Shown: one piece after another, positions 52,570-64,000 of the stretch
How the letters are laid out: every line of letters starts with the position of its first letter
Position numbering within the stretch: the first letter of the stretch is position 1
Origin: Octopus sinensis
Lineage: Eukaryota
Assembly (NCBI RefSeq): GCF_006345805.1
Contig: NC_043001.1
Coordinates: 40,672,001-40,736,000 of the forward strand
Reading direction: 5' to 3'
Length of the DNA stretch: 64,000 bases
Program-made: the position numbers and the translations under genes
The notes under the pieces: generated by a model
Seen by the model: only the letters and a program-made list of their open reading frames with translations
Database searches by the model: none
Told to the model about the DNA's origin: nothing

Positions 52570-52900
52570 TTATAGGTGCCACATAGCTGAATGGTCAAGC
52601 TATTCACTTTGCAACCATGATGTACAACTTTCAATTCCACTATGTAGCATCTTGGGTAAATGTCTTTTTCTATAGCTTTGGGTTGACTCATATCTTATGA
52701 ATGAAATTAGGTAAACAGAAACCATATAGAAGCCTGTGGGGTAGATAATACTTGTAATATAAAAGTACAGCCTTGTCACACATATATTATGCTGATTCTG
52801 CCTGTGAATTATATTAAGAGAGTACTCTGTACCTGTGGAATGCTCAGCCACTTACTAATTCAATGAGCAGGTAATAGAGTTAACATAACAACTGAAACCT
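52570..52900 (+). mobile_element. Degenerate SINE with type B head and type C 3' module
   Basis: gcatcttgggtaaatgtctttttctatagc head; gccttgtcac...tgctcagccacttac...gagcagg matches 13840-13955. Confidence 0.65.
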
Positions 52901-52984
52901 CATTGTTGAAACCAAAGGAAATCCACCTATATATATGTGAGAAGACATAAATAATGGTCATTTCTTATTTTCCTTTATTGAAGT

Positions 52985-53092
52985 AAATTTGATTTACAAC
53001 TGTTTCCAGTAGTCATTATAACTTCGTTATTGGAACTTTGTAATAAATAACAAACCTGTAATGACAACTGAAAACAGATGTAAGTTAAATTT
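52985..53092. repeat. Imperfect hairpin with 36-bp arms
   Basis: aaatttgatttacaactgtttccagtagtcattata versus tgtaatgacaactgaaaacagatgtaagttaaattt; six mismatches. Confidence 0.8.
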
Positions 53093-53399
53093 AATACAAT
53101 AAACAAAAAATATGTAATAACCATTATTTACGCCCTGTCTTGTATATCACTCAGTATTAAAAACCAGTATAACTGGAACACAACCATGGATTTACAATAT
53201 AGAATGGTGATGAATTATAACCTCAGAACCTGCAACAAGATTACATAGAGTGTTTTACAAATCTAAATAATATTGTTAGCGTGGTGTAATAACAAAGAGC
53301 TAATAAGGTATTTTGCCCGGATTGATAATCCCTTGCTAATAACTCTGTTATGCTGATTGCTACTTGTTGTCAGAAGAGTGCCATTTTTACATTGAACAT

Positions 53400-54370
53400 T
53401 GCTTGACTATGTACATGCAGGTGGCTTTAAATACCAGCTTTTATTCAGCAGGGACATTCATAGATGTGACACTTATTTCTCTTTTCACAAATGCAACACA
53501 GTGTGCATGATAGCAGAACCATCTCACAAGCAGCTTGATTTCTCACTGGCTCGTGTGACATTAGATGGCTGACAAACCCAGCTCTTGTGAGAAGAAATCA
53601 TCCACACATATAACACCTCAATTCCTGCTTGGTTTTTTGTAGTCTTGGGTCCTGCTTACAGAGCGAATGCTTCAAAACAGCATGTTCCATTCACTTTTGC
53701 TCAAAGATGCCACATCTGTAACTGACAGTCTCTTTCCATGATGTACAGCTTCCAGCCAATATCTCTCAGATAACTATTTCAATCTCCAAAGCTTTAAGGT
53801 TGCCTTTTATGACATCCTCAAACCACTCTTTAGTTTTATGCTGAGGTCTTTTCCCTCTGATCAGCTTCCCATAAAATATCTGTTTGGGTAGCCTTTCATT
53901 TTCCATCCTGACAACATGACCAACCTAATGCATCTGATTCAAAATTATCCTTTGCTCAATATTAGTGTTGCTGGCTTTCTCAAGTACAACAATATCAGGG
54001 GCATACCATTTTATGTTCAGGATGCACTGGATACAATGCTGATGAAACCTTTCCAGCAGCTTGATATGATGCCTTTAAGTTGTCCACATTTTGTACCCCT
54101 ATAGCAGGGCTATAAGAATAGATCTCATACACAGTGAGCTTCATGCCATGATGTCCCATTCTGACAGAACTTGCATCTCAAGTTTCTCAAAAGCAATACT
54201 AGATTTCATTGATTTATTTCACTATCAAGGGTACCATCTCTACCAAGCATTCTTCTAAGATACACAAAGCTGTCCACCACATCAAGTTCTTTCTTCCCTA
54301 CAAAAATGCCAAGTTCTGCATATTCTTCCCCAGTTGATGGAGTGAACATGAGCTTTGTCTTTTTTTAAGC
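53400..54370 (-). mobile_element. Decayed RTE/BovB-like LINE 3' fragment (second family)
   Basis: VDSFVYL and HIKLLERFHQHCIQCILNIKW peptides. Confidence 0.7.
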
Positions 54371-54429
54371 ATAAATGCATGCATGTATGCATGCACACAC
54401 ACACACACACTCTCTCTCTCTCTCTCTCT

Positions 54430-54610
54430 CTCTCTCACATGATGGGCCTGTTTTTCAGTTTGTCTACAAAAATTCACTCACAAGGTTTTGGTTGGTCTAG
54501 AGCTATAATAGAAGACATTTTCACAAAGTGACACACAGTGGGACTGAACCCCAAAAAACCATATGGTTGCAAAGCAAACTTCTCAACAACACAGATATAC
54601 TTGTGCCTCT
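54430..54610 (-). mobile_element. SINE type B
   Basis: cagtttgtctacaaaaattcactcacaagg...gggactgaaccc. Confidence 0.75.
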
Positions 54611-55468
54611 ATAAATTCTAATTTATTTATGTTGAAAGACTAACCTCTCAATGATCCCCTTTTTATTTAAGCAAAAAAAAAACCCCTGAAATTCACATAT
54701 GATAATAGTAGATCCAGGATTTATTGGCCAAATCCTTTCCAGTATTAAATAACATGTCTCTTTATTTGTATGGCAGTTCACTTTTAATATCCTTGGCAAA
54801 GTAAACTCATGCTTTGTAATTCAGTAGCAACAGTTAAGATTTTATGAGAGAAGCTTCCAGTAGTGCTTTTCTTTTTATTTCATTATGCAGCCTAATACCA
54901 TCACATGACTTTCTTCTCTTATATCCTCTGAAACAGTTAAAAATAGGCAACAACAGATGTGACCAAATTGTTAACAATGCTTTGAAGTTTATTGAGCATT
55001 TTGCTACTAAATGTTCTGTGCACCGTTGATTATGTTGTAATAGTGAACACTAGTATTACAATGGTTATTAGTATTCTCAATTCTTCTACATTGCTTTCAT
55101 CCTTGTTGTCATCACCATAACTAACATTGCTGGTAGTTGGTGCCTCCCACAACTATCACTGCTGACACAAACACCACCAGCATGTCATCTACCACAACTC
55201 CATTATTATTATCTTTATTGTTGTTGTTATTATTATTATTATTGATATTAACATAACTTATCCAGCTAAGATAAATACATCTAGTTTGAAACATATATAA
55301 ATTACTAAGACAGCAATTTAAGAATGAAAATATATCCTTAAAGGCATTTATGTAAAGAAACTTCTTTCCTTACCATGTAGTCTACGGTTCAGTCTTCAGC
55401 AAGAATCTTCTACAGCCGTAGGCCAACCAGAGCCTTGTATATGTGTTTCTCTCTCTCTCTCTCTCTCT

Positions 55469-55519
<51 letters not shown>

Positions 55520-55521
<2 letters not shown>

Positions 55522-55910
55522 TGTAAGCGTGGCTGAATGGTAAGAAGCTTGCTTCCCAGCCACATGGTTCTGGGTGCAGTCCCACTGCATGGCACCTTGG
55601 GCAAGTGTCTTTTATAATAGCCTCAGGCTGACCAAAGCCTTGTGAGTGGATCTGGTAGACAGAAACTGAAAGAAGCCAGTTGTGTGTGTGTGTGTGTGTG
55701 TGTGTATTTGTTTGTCCCCCACCACTGCTTTACAACTGATGTTTGTGTATTTACATCCCCATAACTTAGCCATTCAACATAGGAAACTGAAAGAATAAGT
55801 ACTATGCTTAAAAAAAGCACTGGAATCAATTCATTTGATTCAAATTTCTTCAAGGCAGTACCCAGAACAGTCACAGTCTAATGACAGAAACAAGTAAAAG
55901 CTAAAAGATA
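55520..55910 (+). mobile_element. SINE type B
   Basis: ggtgtaagcgtggctgaatggtaagaagcttgcttcccagccacatgg...gaaacaagtaaaagctaaaaga. Confidence 0.85.
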
Positions 55911-55949
55911 ACATATATATATATATATATATATATAGTGCATGTGTAA

Positions 55950-56465
55950 TGTCAGTCTGTATGTACAATAAAGTGAGAGAAAAAGTGGGCATAAGCAGCA
56001 TCAAGTGTGGCATGCAAGAGAGATGACCGTGCTGGTATGGTCATGTGATGCATATGGATGAAGACAGCTGTGTGAAGAAATGTCCTGGAAGAGGTAGACC
56101 CAGGAAGGTTTGGGACGAGGTGGTGAAGCATTTTCTTTGAATGTTGGATTTCATGGAGGTGATGACAAGTGATTGAGACCTTTGGTGATTTGCTGTGCTT
56201 GAGAAGACTCATCAAGCCAAGTGAAATTGTAGTTGTGGCTGATGCTGGAGGCATGTAAAAACACCTGTGCTGGTGACACATGAAAGGAACCCACTACACT
56301 CTTGGAGCGATTGGCATTAGGAAAGTCATCCAGTTATTGAAAGCAATCCAAAATCAGACTGGAATCTGGTACAGCTCTCTGGCTTACCAGTTCCTGTCAA
56401 ACCATCTAACCCATGCCAGCAAGGAAAGCGGACACTAAATGATGATGATGATGGTGATGATGATA
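55950..56465 (+). mobile_element. RTE LINE 3' fragment with tail
   Basis: Frameshifted WYGHVMHMDEDSCVKKC..GRPRKVWDEVV; tail ggacactaaatgatgatgat. Confidence 0.82.
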
Positions 56466-57767
56466 ATATATATGTGTGTAAATGAGATGATGGTTGTAAA
56501 TAAGATCACCATACCAGTCTTTCATGAAAGGGAAACTATTAACATCCTTGGAAACGATTGAGCATTGGTGACAGGAAGTGCATCCAGCTGTAGAAAATCT
56601 GCCCAAGAAATTCTGTCTGATCAATGCAAGCAAAGAAAAGTGGACACTAAATGATGGTGATGATACATTAGTCCTTCTAAATCATGTAAAAAGACAATAT
56701 ATCGTCGTCGTCATCGTCATCATTTAATGCCCTTTTCCAAGTAGGCATGATATATATCATTGCTAATAAATGAAGTTATAATTTTTTGCCTTATATTCTT
56801 CTATAAAAATTTAATGAGGATATTTTTTCTACTATAAAATCATTTCTGTGAAAAAAGATGTTCAGGCACTGAGTTTTTGTGACAACTAATAAATTATTCA
56901 TGCTTGAAAATTTTCCTGACTTCTTAATAAAATATTTGAAAGACACTGACAGAAATACATATAAACAGTATGGGATTTTAAGTTTGCACATAACTTTGTG
57001 AACAATTTTTTTTTCCACAAGAAATGCTTTCAAGAAATAAATCCAGAAATCTATATTCTAGAGATGAAAATCTTTTTTGTTATATCACTAAATGGGAAGT
57101 TTGATATGTTGGATTATGAAAATTATAAAGCAAGGCACTTTTATATTATTCTTAATTACACAAATTTATATTTTTGAGAAAAAAGGAAAGGGAAACAGCA
57201 ATAATGGATAATATAGTCATTTTTTTCTAAATAAAATATACTCTCACATAATGAACAATGTCAGAAGCCTTATTAATTTTCCAACTACTTCAAAGATTCT
57301 TGCTAATAACTTTGAAACTGGCATGGAAAGAGCAGATTGGCATTGTAAATCAGATAATAACCAGTACAATAATAAGACTGAATTAATTTATTGTATGAAT
57401 TAGTAATTTTTTTATACCTTTTAAACAAGTGGAAAATGAAATTAATAAATCTTATATTTCTGTACAATATTAGCACCACTCTTAGATTGTTTCTCAAAGA
57501 GTTCACAAATTTAGAAGTGTTTGGTATAAAAGAAAATTAAAAAAACACAAAATTAAAAATCAGAAATTCCTTTCCTAGTATTTAAATCACCTTCTAAACA
57601 GATAAGTCTATTTTAGGTAAGTCGCTAGATATCCAAGTACATATCCCTGTTAGGTAGGTAATATACATTGTGTATTGATTGACATAGGCAAATAAAATTC
57701 TTTAGAGATCAATAAATTAATTTTGCAGAAATATTTAATGACTCTTATGTTAGTAGATCATTACATA

Positions 57768-58737
57768 TGATAAGGCTAAAGTTACTGACAAAATTTAAGG
57801 TTACTGATGAAGGCTCAGGTTACTAACAAAGTCTAAGGTTACTGATGAAAGCTGTGATTACTGATGAAGGCTAAGGTTACTGATGTAGGCTAAAGCTTAC
57901 TGATGAAGGCTAAGGTTATTGATGAAGGCTAGGTTACTGATGTAGGCTAAAGCTTACTAATGAAGGCTAAAGCTTACTGATGAAGGCTAAGGTTAATCAT
58001 GAAGGCTAAAGCTTACTGATGAAGGCTAAGGTTACTGATGAAGGCTAGGTTACTTATGTAGGCTAATTACTAATTAAGCTTACTAATTAAGGCTAAGGTT
58101 ACTGATAAAGGTTCAAGTTGCTGACAAAGTCTAAGATTACTGACGAAGGCTAAAGCTTACTGTTGAAGGCTAAGGTTACTGATGAAGACTAAAGCTTACT
58201 GATGAAGGCTAAGGTTATTGATGAAGGTTAAGATTACTGATGAAGGCTAAGGTCACTGACAAAGGATTACATTACTGATGAAAGCTAAGGTTACTGATGA
58301 AGGCTAAAGCTTACTGATGAGGCTAAGGTTACTGATGAAGGCTAAGGTTACTAATGATGGCTAAGGCTACTGATGTAGACTAAAGCTTACTGATGAAGGC
58401 TAAGGTTACTGATAAATGTTCAAATTGCTGACAAAGTGCAAGGTTACCGACAAAGGCTAAAGCTTATTGCTGAAGGCTAAGATTACTGATGTAAGCTAAA
58501 GCTTACTGATGAAAGCTAAAACTTACTGATGAAGCTAAAGCTTACTGATGAGGCTAAGGTTACTAATGAAGGCTAAGGTTACTAATGATGGCTAAGGCTA
58601 CTGATGTAGATTAAAGCTTACTGATGAAGGCTAAAGTTACTGATGAAGGCTAAGGTTACTGATGAAGGTTAAGGTTGCTGATGAGGCTGTGTTTACTGAT
58701 GAAGGCGAAGTTTACTGATGAAAGTTAAGCTTACTGA
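57768..58737. repeat. 19-20 bp minisatellite, about 50 units, with higher-order repeats
   Basis: Units gaaggctaaggttactgat and gaaggctaaagcttactgat. Confidence 0.95.
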
Positions 58738-59168
58738 ATAGGATTAAAAACAGTGTGGAGTGGTTAATTTTTAACTTGCCTTGAAAGTAAAGATACTTCT
58801 TACTGCATATTCATTCCTATGTAGCATAGCTTTTTTAAATACTACATGCATTAGATATGTTAACATTAACTTCACATTTGTTTTTTCTTGCAAATGGCAT
58901 CTCTGAATTATTTAGTAACAGAAAAAAAGCACGTTCCACTCCTACTTCATGGCTGATTGGTCAGTGATAGAAACAATAAATGTTTCAATAATAAAGGGGA
59001 AAAAAAACCCATAAAACATCCCACTCATGCAATGCAAGCTTGTAAAATAGTAAAAAAGAAACAAACAAACCAAAACAAAAAAAAAAACACACACACACAC
59101 ACAAACCAGAATTCATAATTAACAAAGTGTTGTACCACCCATTGAATATTCATTGGCTATTTAGTATA

Positions 59169-59222
<54 letters not shown>

Positions 59223-60069
59223 GTATGTATGTACATATGTATGTGCAAATATGTACAATATGTGTGTTAATATGTTTGTGGTGACGGTTAATGACAAGTC
59301 TATTGCATTCTGTTGGTGAATTGATGACTTTATATAAACAAGACACATTGATATAAAACCACTTTTATGAATATCATTAAACACTAACATGCTTTGCTAT
59401 TTTGTATTTACAATTCGGAAATGAAATCTCTTTTAATGAGACCTGATACCAGTATTCAGCTTATATAATGCTGAGAAATACATTAACTGATTAGTTAAAG
59501 CCTCAGGGACTGTGTTTGGGCAAATCATCTTACTAAAATAAATGTTGAGTACTTCATTAGAAAATAGTTCCATGTTAAGATTATTTATACTAATAAGGCC
59601 ACCAAACCATAAAGACATATGTTAGAGAAATATATGCAAATGTCATGTGTAACTCCATCTAGCTTAACCGGAACAAAATAACAAAATAAATAATAAATAA
59701 TAATGCAAAAAATAGTAAAGTTTGTTCGAGTTATCACTAACCACTATAGGATCAAGAATAAATATGTTGATTCAAAGTTTAACGTAAGAATACTTAAGAA
59801 TGATGCAGATGATGCATCGCAATGTTCAACACATTCATTCAAGACAGAAGCAAGAAGCTTTCGGAAAATTAGCTGATTGGTGCCGCTGCTGGTTTTAGCA
59901 AAAGAGTACTAATTATAGAAAATAGATATGGATGATATATCAGAATGATGTCACAATAATCATAATTTTTATTAACTATAATGTAACACATCTGTTCATA
60001 TGTCCATCTATCCATTGTCATTGTCATCATCGCCATCTCATTCTACCAGACATTTTAAACATCACAGTG

Positions 60070-60490
60070 CAAATCCTGATGAACTAAGGGTTTTTCCTTG
60101 CTTTATCTATCATATTGCTGTCAACTAGAACAGCTGGTCCCTCCATCAGGTTCATATTAGCAAGACTCTCTTTCTCCCATGCATTCTCCTCATTTTGTAA
60201 CCTTTCACCATAATGATTCTATCCCTCTTTCTTTTCTGAATCACAAAAGGTAAATGTACCATTAGACATCCATACACACTTCTCTCTCACAACATCTCAA
60301 TTTCTTTTCTGATGTACTGTCTTGCAATCCAGAACACCTTATGCCTCTAGTCCTCCTACTGTAGAACACTGGCTAATCTCTTTCACTCTGCTTCTTCCCT
60401 TGGAAAAATAGAGTTGTTATCTAGCTTCTCTTTTAGCTATCTGGTATAATTCTCTGCTATCTCCAATCTTCTAATTCTTGAAAGCATGTC
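60070..60490 (-). mobile_element. RTE LINE internal fragment
   Basis: ERLQNEENAWEKESL...EGPAVLVDSNMIDKA, homologous to 38780-38880. Confidence 0.65.
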
Positions 60491-60505
60491 TCTTTATTTA
60501 AGAGA

Positions 60506-60544
<39 letters not shown>

Positions 60545-61139
60545 GTAGAAAAGGCAGCAGTAGAATGCCCAACCAGACTGAGTATTGCCAGTTTGGTGTT
60601 TATATACATATTTTTCTTTATATGACCTAATCAGAGGAGGAAGAGCAGCACTTGTGACTGTTTTCAGAGCTTCTGAGACTGGCAGGAGGAAGTTATCCCG
60701 AGACAGAGGCCTGGCTTCAATTCTTGCAACAGAATAATCTCTATTTTGAGTACTTAAGGGCCAGGTGATGGCATTAAACAAGATGATGGATTAAGCCAGC
60801 CACAGAAGAAGAGAAATGGTGTAATAGATGGACTTCCATTTTGTTTTCATCAATCAGATTTCATTCACACAACTTTGGTCAATCTGAACCTAAGATAAGA
60901 AGACAATTAACCAAAGTACTGCTCAGTGGAATCAAAGCTCAAACTAATAGTGGTAAAGTAAACTTTTTAACTAAACATCTGTGCATCTACTGTAAAAATG
61001 ATCAAAACGTGTTTAAGAGTTGAAACATATAAAACTTGCAACTTTATTATGTAAAAGGAATTTAACCTTTGCATTGCTCTAAGCTGCTTCAGCCAAATCA
61101 CTAGTATATTTCAATGTATTTGAGTATAAGCTATGAGAT

Positions 61140-61270
61140 GGAAAGGTGGTGAATTAACAGAGTTTCACAGTATTTGCTCTGACTCCCTATGCTCTGAGTT
61201 CAAATCCTTCTAAGGTCAACTTCATCTCTCATCCTTGGAGGGAGGGGGCGTCAATAAAAAGTACCAATCT
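61140..61270 (+). mobile_element. SINE type A, degenerate
   Basis: ggaaaggtggtgaattaacagag...gagttcaaatccttctaaggtcaac...tcaataaaaagtacc. Confidence 0.65.
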
Positions 61271-63759
61271 TGAGCAGTGGATCAGAGGAACTGCCAGAGG
61301 GTGAGGAAAGATGTCTCATGGTATCTGTTTTGGCTCTTTGCATTCTGACCGTAATGCCAGTGATGACATTAGTGTTAAGCTGTATCAACCCGAATTGTTG
61401 GCCTTTCTCTTGGATAAACAACAGTAGCATGGAGAGGGGGAATCTTGCAAGTATGAGCAAGTGCCAGCCATCTACAAAAAATTGTACACATGCATGTACA
61501 GAGGTATAGTGAAAGTTGGCCAACAGAAGTCCTATATATATGATGTGGCAACCTAAATTAGTGACATATTAGGATGAGTAAGCCAAAGCTAGACTGTAAA
61601 AGTCACATTATGTTTAACTTTCTTATGATGCAAACTGAATTGACCAAAGCTAAATAGAGCAGATTGTGATAATGAAGATGAGAATTGTTGTTGTAATCAT
61701 AATCATCTCTGACCACATTAGACATTATTAAATCAAATTATAAGTTCAGTTTCACATTCAAATTTAATTTAACATATTTTCTCAACATTGATGTATTCTT
61801 GCCTTTATTATCCAGGCTTCTTTTATATCAAACCTAAGATACTACAGAATAATCTAATTGTGTATGGAGAGCAATGTTTCTTGATATTAATTTAATGTAA
61901 TTACGAATTCACAGGGGAGCCTATACATTGCTGTTAGATCTTCTAGGAACAGCAACTAAATCTTCCTCAAATGATATGCTACTAAGAAAGGTCCTTAGGA
62001 TATATCACACTATACCTGAATAAAAGATAAGCTGTTCATGGAGGTAAAGCCTTTGATTATTGGTTGTCTTGGTCATTCATTGTCTTAATCAGGACTGACC
62101 TACGGCTAAAGAACAACAATAATAACAACTTAATTTAACCAATATCAAATCTGTTGACACAATGTGACTTTTCATTGTAATCCATGATTATGAAACTTGA
62201 ACTTCTATATCAAATGTTATTGCTACTACTATACTTCTGAGTTATACCAATAATACAGTATTGATTCTTTACTTAGCTATTTCCTATCCACTGAACAGGA
62301 AATCTATCTATTAATGTTAACTGGTCAATTAACTTTAAAAACAGTGCTGAGATCTGTTCTATTCACCATTTCTCTTGATTACTTCATCCTTTTTACTTTG
62401 GACAGTAGCTGTGTGACTCGACCACTTCATGCAGATTATAGTAAAGTGGACACAGACATACTTGATGTAGTATGCCAATAAATTTTAAATCACACCCTTT
62501 GTGTAATTTTAATTAATTAGTGATGAGAACAAATCTTTTCCTGACTAATTTTGGTAAGCAAAAAAAAAAAAAAAAAGAAAAAGCAAGGGATGACAACTCC
62601 AAAATTTGATTAATTAAATGCAATGAGGAGTGTGTCTGATGTTTAGCAGTAAAATGATAGCCACAGACATGTTAGTCCTATTAGATGTAACAGTGGCTTC
62701 TAGATCTGAGAATGACTCTTGTCCTTGACCAAGTTCATCTGATTTCCTGTTTTTTGATTGATTAAATTGAGCTCTCAATAAATTTAGTACATACAAAAAA
62801 AAACCCCAAAAAAAACTAAGGACAGAGTAAAGGAAAAGAAAGGCATTCTATCCATAAAAGTGACGTTGAAATCCAAAATCAGAATTTTCCTCCTATCCCT
62901 ATTCACGATTTGTAATAATTAAAATATTTATTCACTTTATTTGAAACATTTACAATATTTACTTAATATTTTTCTTTAGGACAACATAACCTCTGTTACT
63001 TCATAAGCTGTTGCTAGTGAAGTATAGAGCTTTATACCAAGAGGCAAATTAATATTTCTGAACAGCATGCTGACGCAAAAGCTTTTAGCAGAGTGTATCA
63101 GGCACCACAGTTGGTGATGTTGTTGATGGTGACGATAATATTGGAAATATGCAATACACAATAAAAGATTGGTTAAATATTTCTAAATTTAAAGTCTATT
63201 ATGCAGATGTAGTCTGCTTCAACATACAAAAAAAAAAAAAAAAGAACTTCAAGGTAAATGAAACCCCCTTTTTTAACTAACCAGATGAAATTCATGTGAT
63301 AAATTTCAAGAAAAATATAACAGATCTGTTTCTCCCATAAATTAAATTTTTAATGAATTTAAAAAAAAAAAGACAAATAAGAATTGATTGAACTTTTCTA
63401 ACTGTGACAATTGGAATTGTTAACTTATACCACTATGGGCATGAGAATGAACATTTTCTACTGTTAGAATTCGTACATTAATAAACTCATCTCATGCATT
63501 GATGAGAATTTAGAAAATGAGTTATATAATTCAGTTTCAACATTCCAATCTAATTTTCTGAAACTTGTCAAAGAACAAGTATGACAAAGATCTTATTAAA
63601 TTTTTATGAAATCTTTACACATTTTTAAAGTTATAAAGGACAAACTGTAAAAGAACAAATTACAAAAACAAAGCTTATATATATATATATATATATGAGT
63701 TTTTCTAAGGTCAAGTCTTGCTAGTGAAACAAAATTTCTTATGAGTATGAAAAAAGTCA

Positions 63760-64000
63760 CTCTTTTACTCTCTTTTTACTCTTTTACTTGTTTCAGTCAT
63801 TTGACTGTGACCATACAGGAGCACCGCCTTTAGTCAAGCAAATTGACCCCAGAACTTATTCTTTGTAAGCCTAGTACTTATTCTATCGGTCTCTTTTGTT
63901 GAACCGCTAAGTTACAGGGACGTAAACACACCAGCATCAGTTGTCAAGCGATGTTGGGGGGACAAACACAGACACACAAACGTAGACACACAAACATATA
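63760..64000 (-). mobile_element. SINE type B 3' module, cut by the window edge
   Basis: (ctctttta)n-cttgtttcagtcatttgactgtgaccatacaggagcaccgcc, the reverse complement of 45780-45950. Confidence 0.88.

Noticed and set aside
57768-58737. Minisatellite as a CRISPR array, hammerhead array or box C/D snoRNA array (repeated CTGATGA)
   Set aside because: There are no unique spacers or cas genes, no GAAA follows the small stem, and the 19-20 nt period is too short for snoRNAs.
61270-61509. 79-aa ORF with a hydrophobic stretch
   Set aside because: No recognisable family or splice support, and it abuts a SINE.

Overview
AT-rich animal DNA dense in microsatellites, SINEs, RTE LINE remnants and Tc1/mariner remnants. 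The repeat content suggests an octopus or other coleoid cephalopod (inference). One protein-coding gene is supported: a non-visual (beta-)arrestin on the minus strand. I could splice 10 coding exons by hand (31104 to 3662; 242/60/68/136/85/73/147/87/138/100 nt; all GT-AG and phase-compatible), giving about 378 aa from [10 protein letters not shown] to the stop, including the finger loop and the clathrin and AP-2 motifs. The N-terminal exons were not found, so about 33 kb at the right end is probably one TE-filled intron. The introns hold three SINE types with swapped tails, RTE and CR1-like remnants, six Tc1/mariner remnants, two Helitron remnants, a GG-ended MITE with an 8-bp TSD, a 19-20 bp minisatellite with higher-order structure and several fold-back palindromes. 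The best hidden signal is a degenerate minimal type I hammerhead ribozyme in a Penelope-like terminus (13396-13449). I found no convincing wholly new biological system. Repeat boundaries are approximate unless TIRs or TSDs are quoted.
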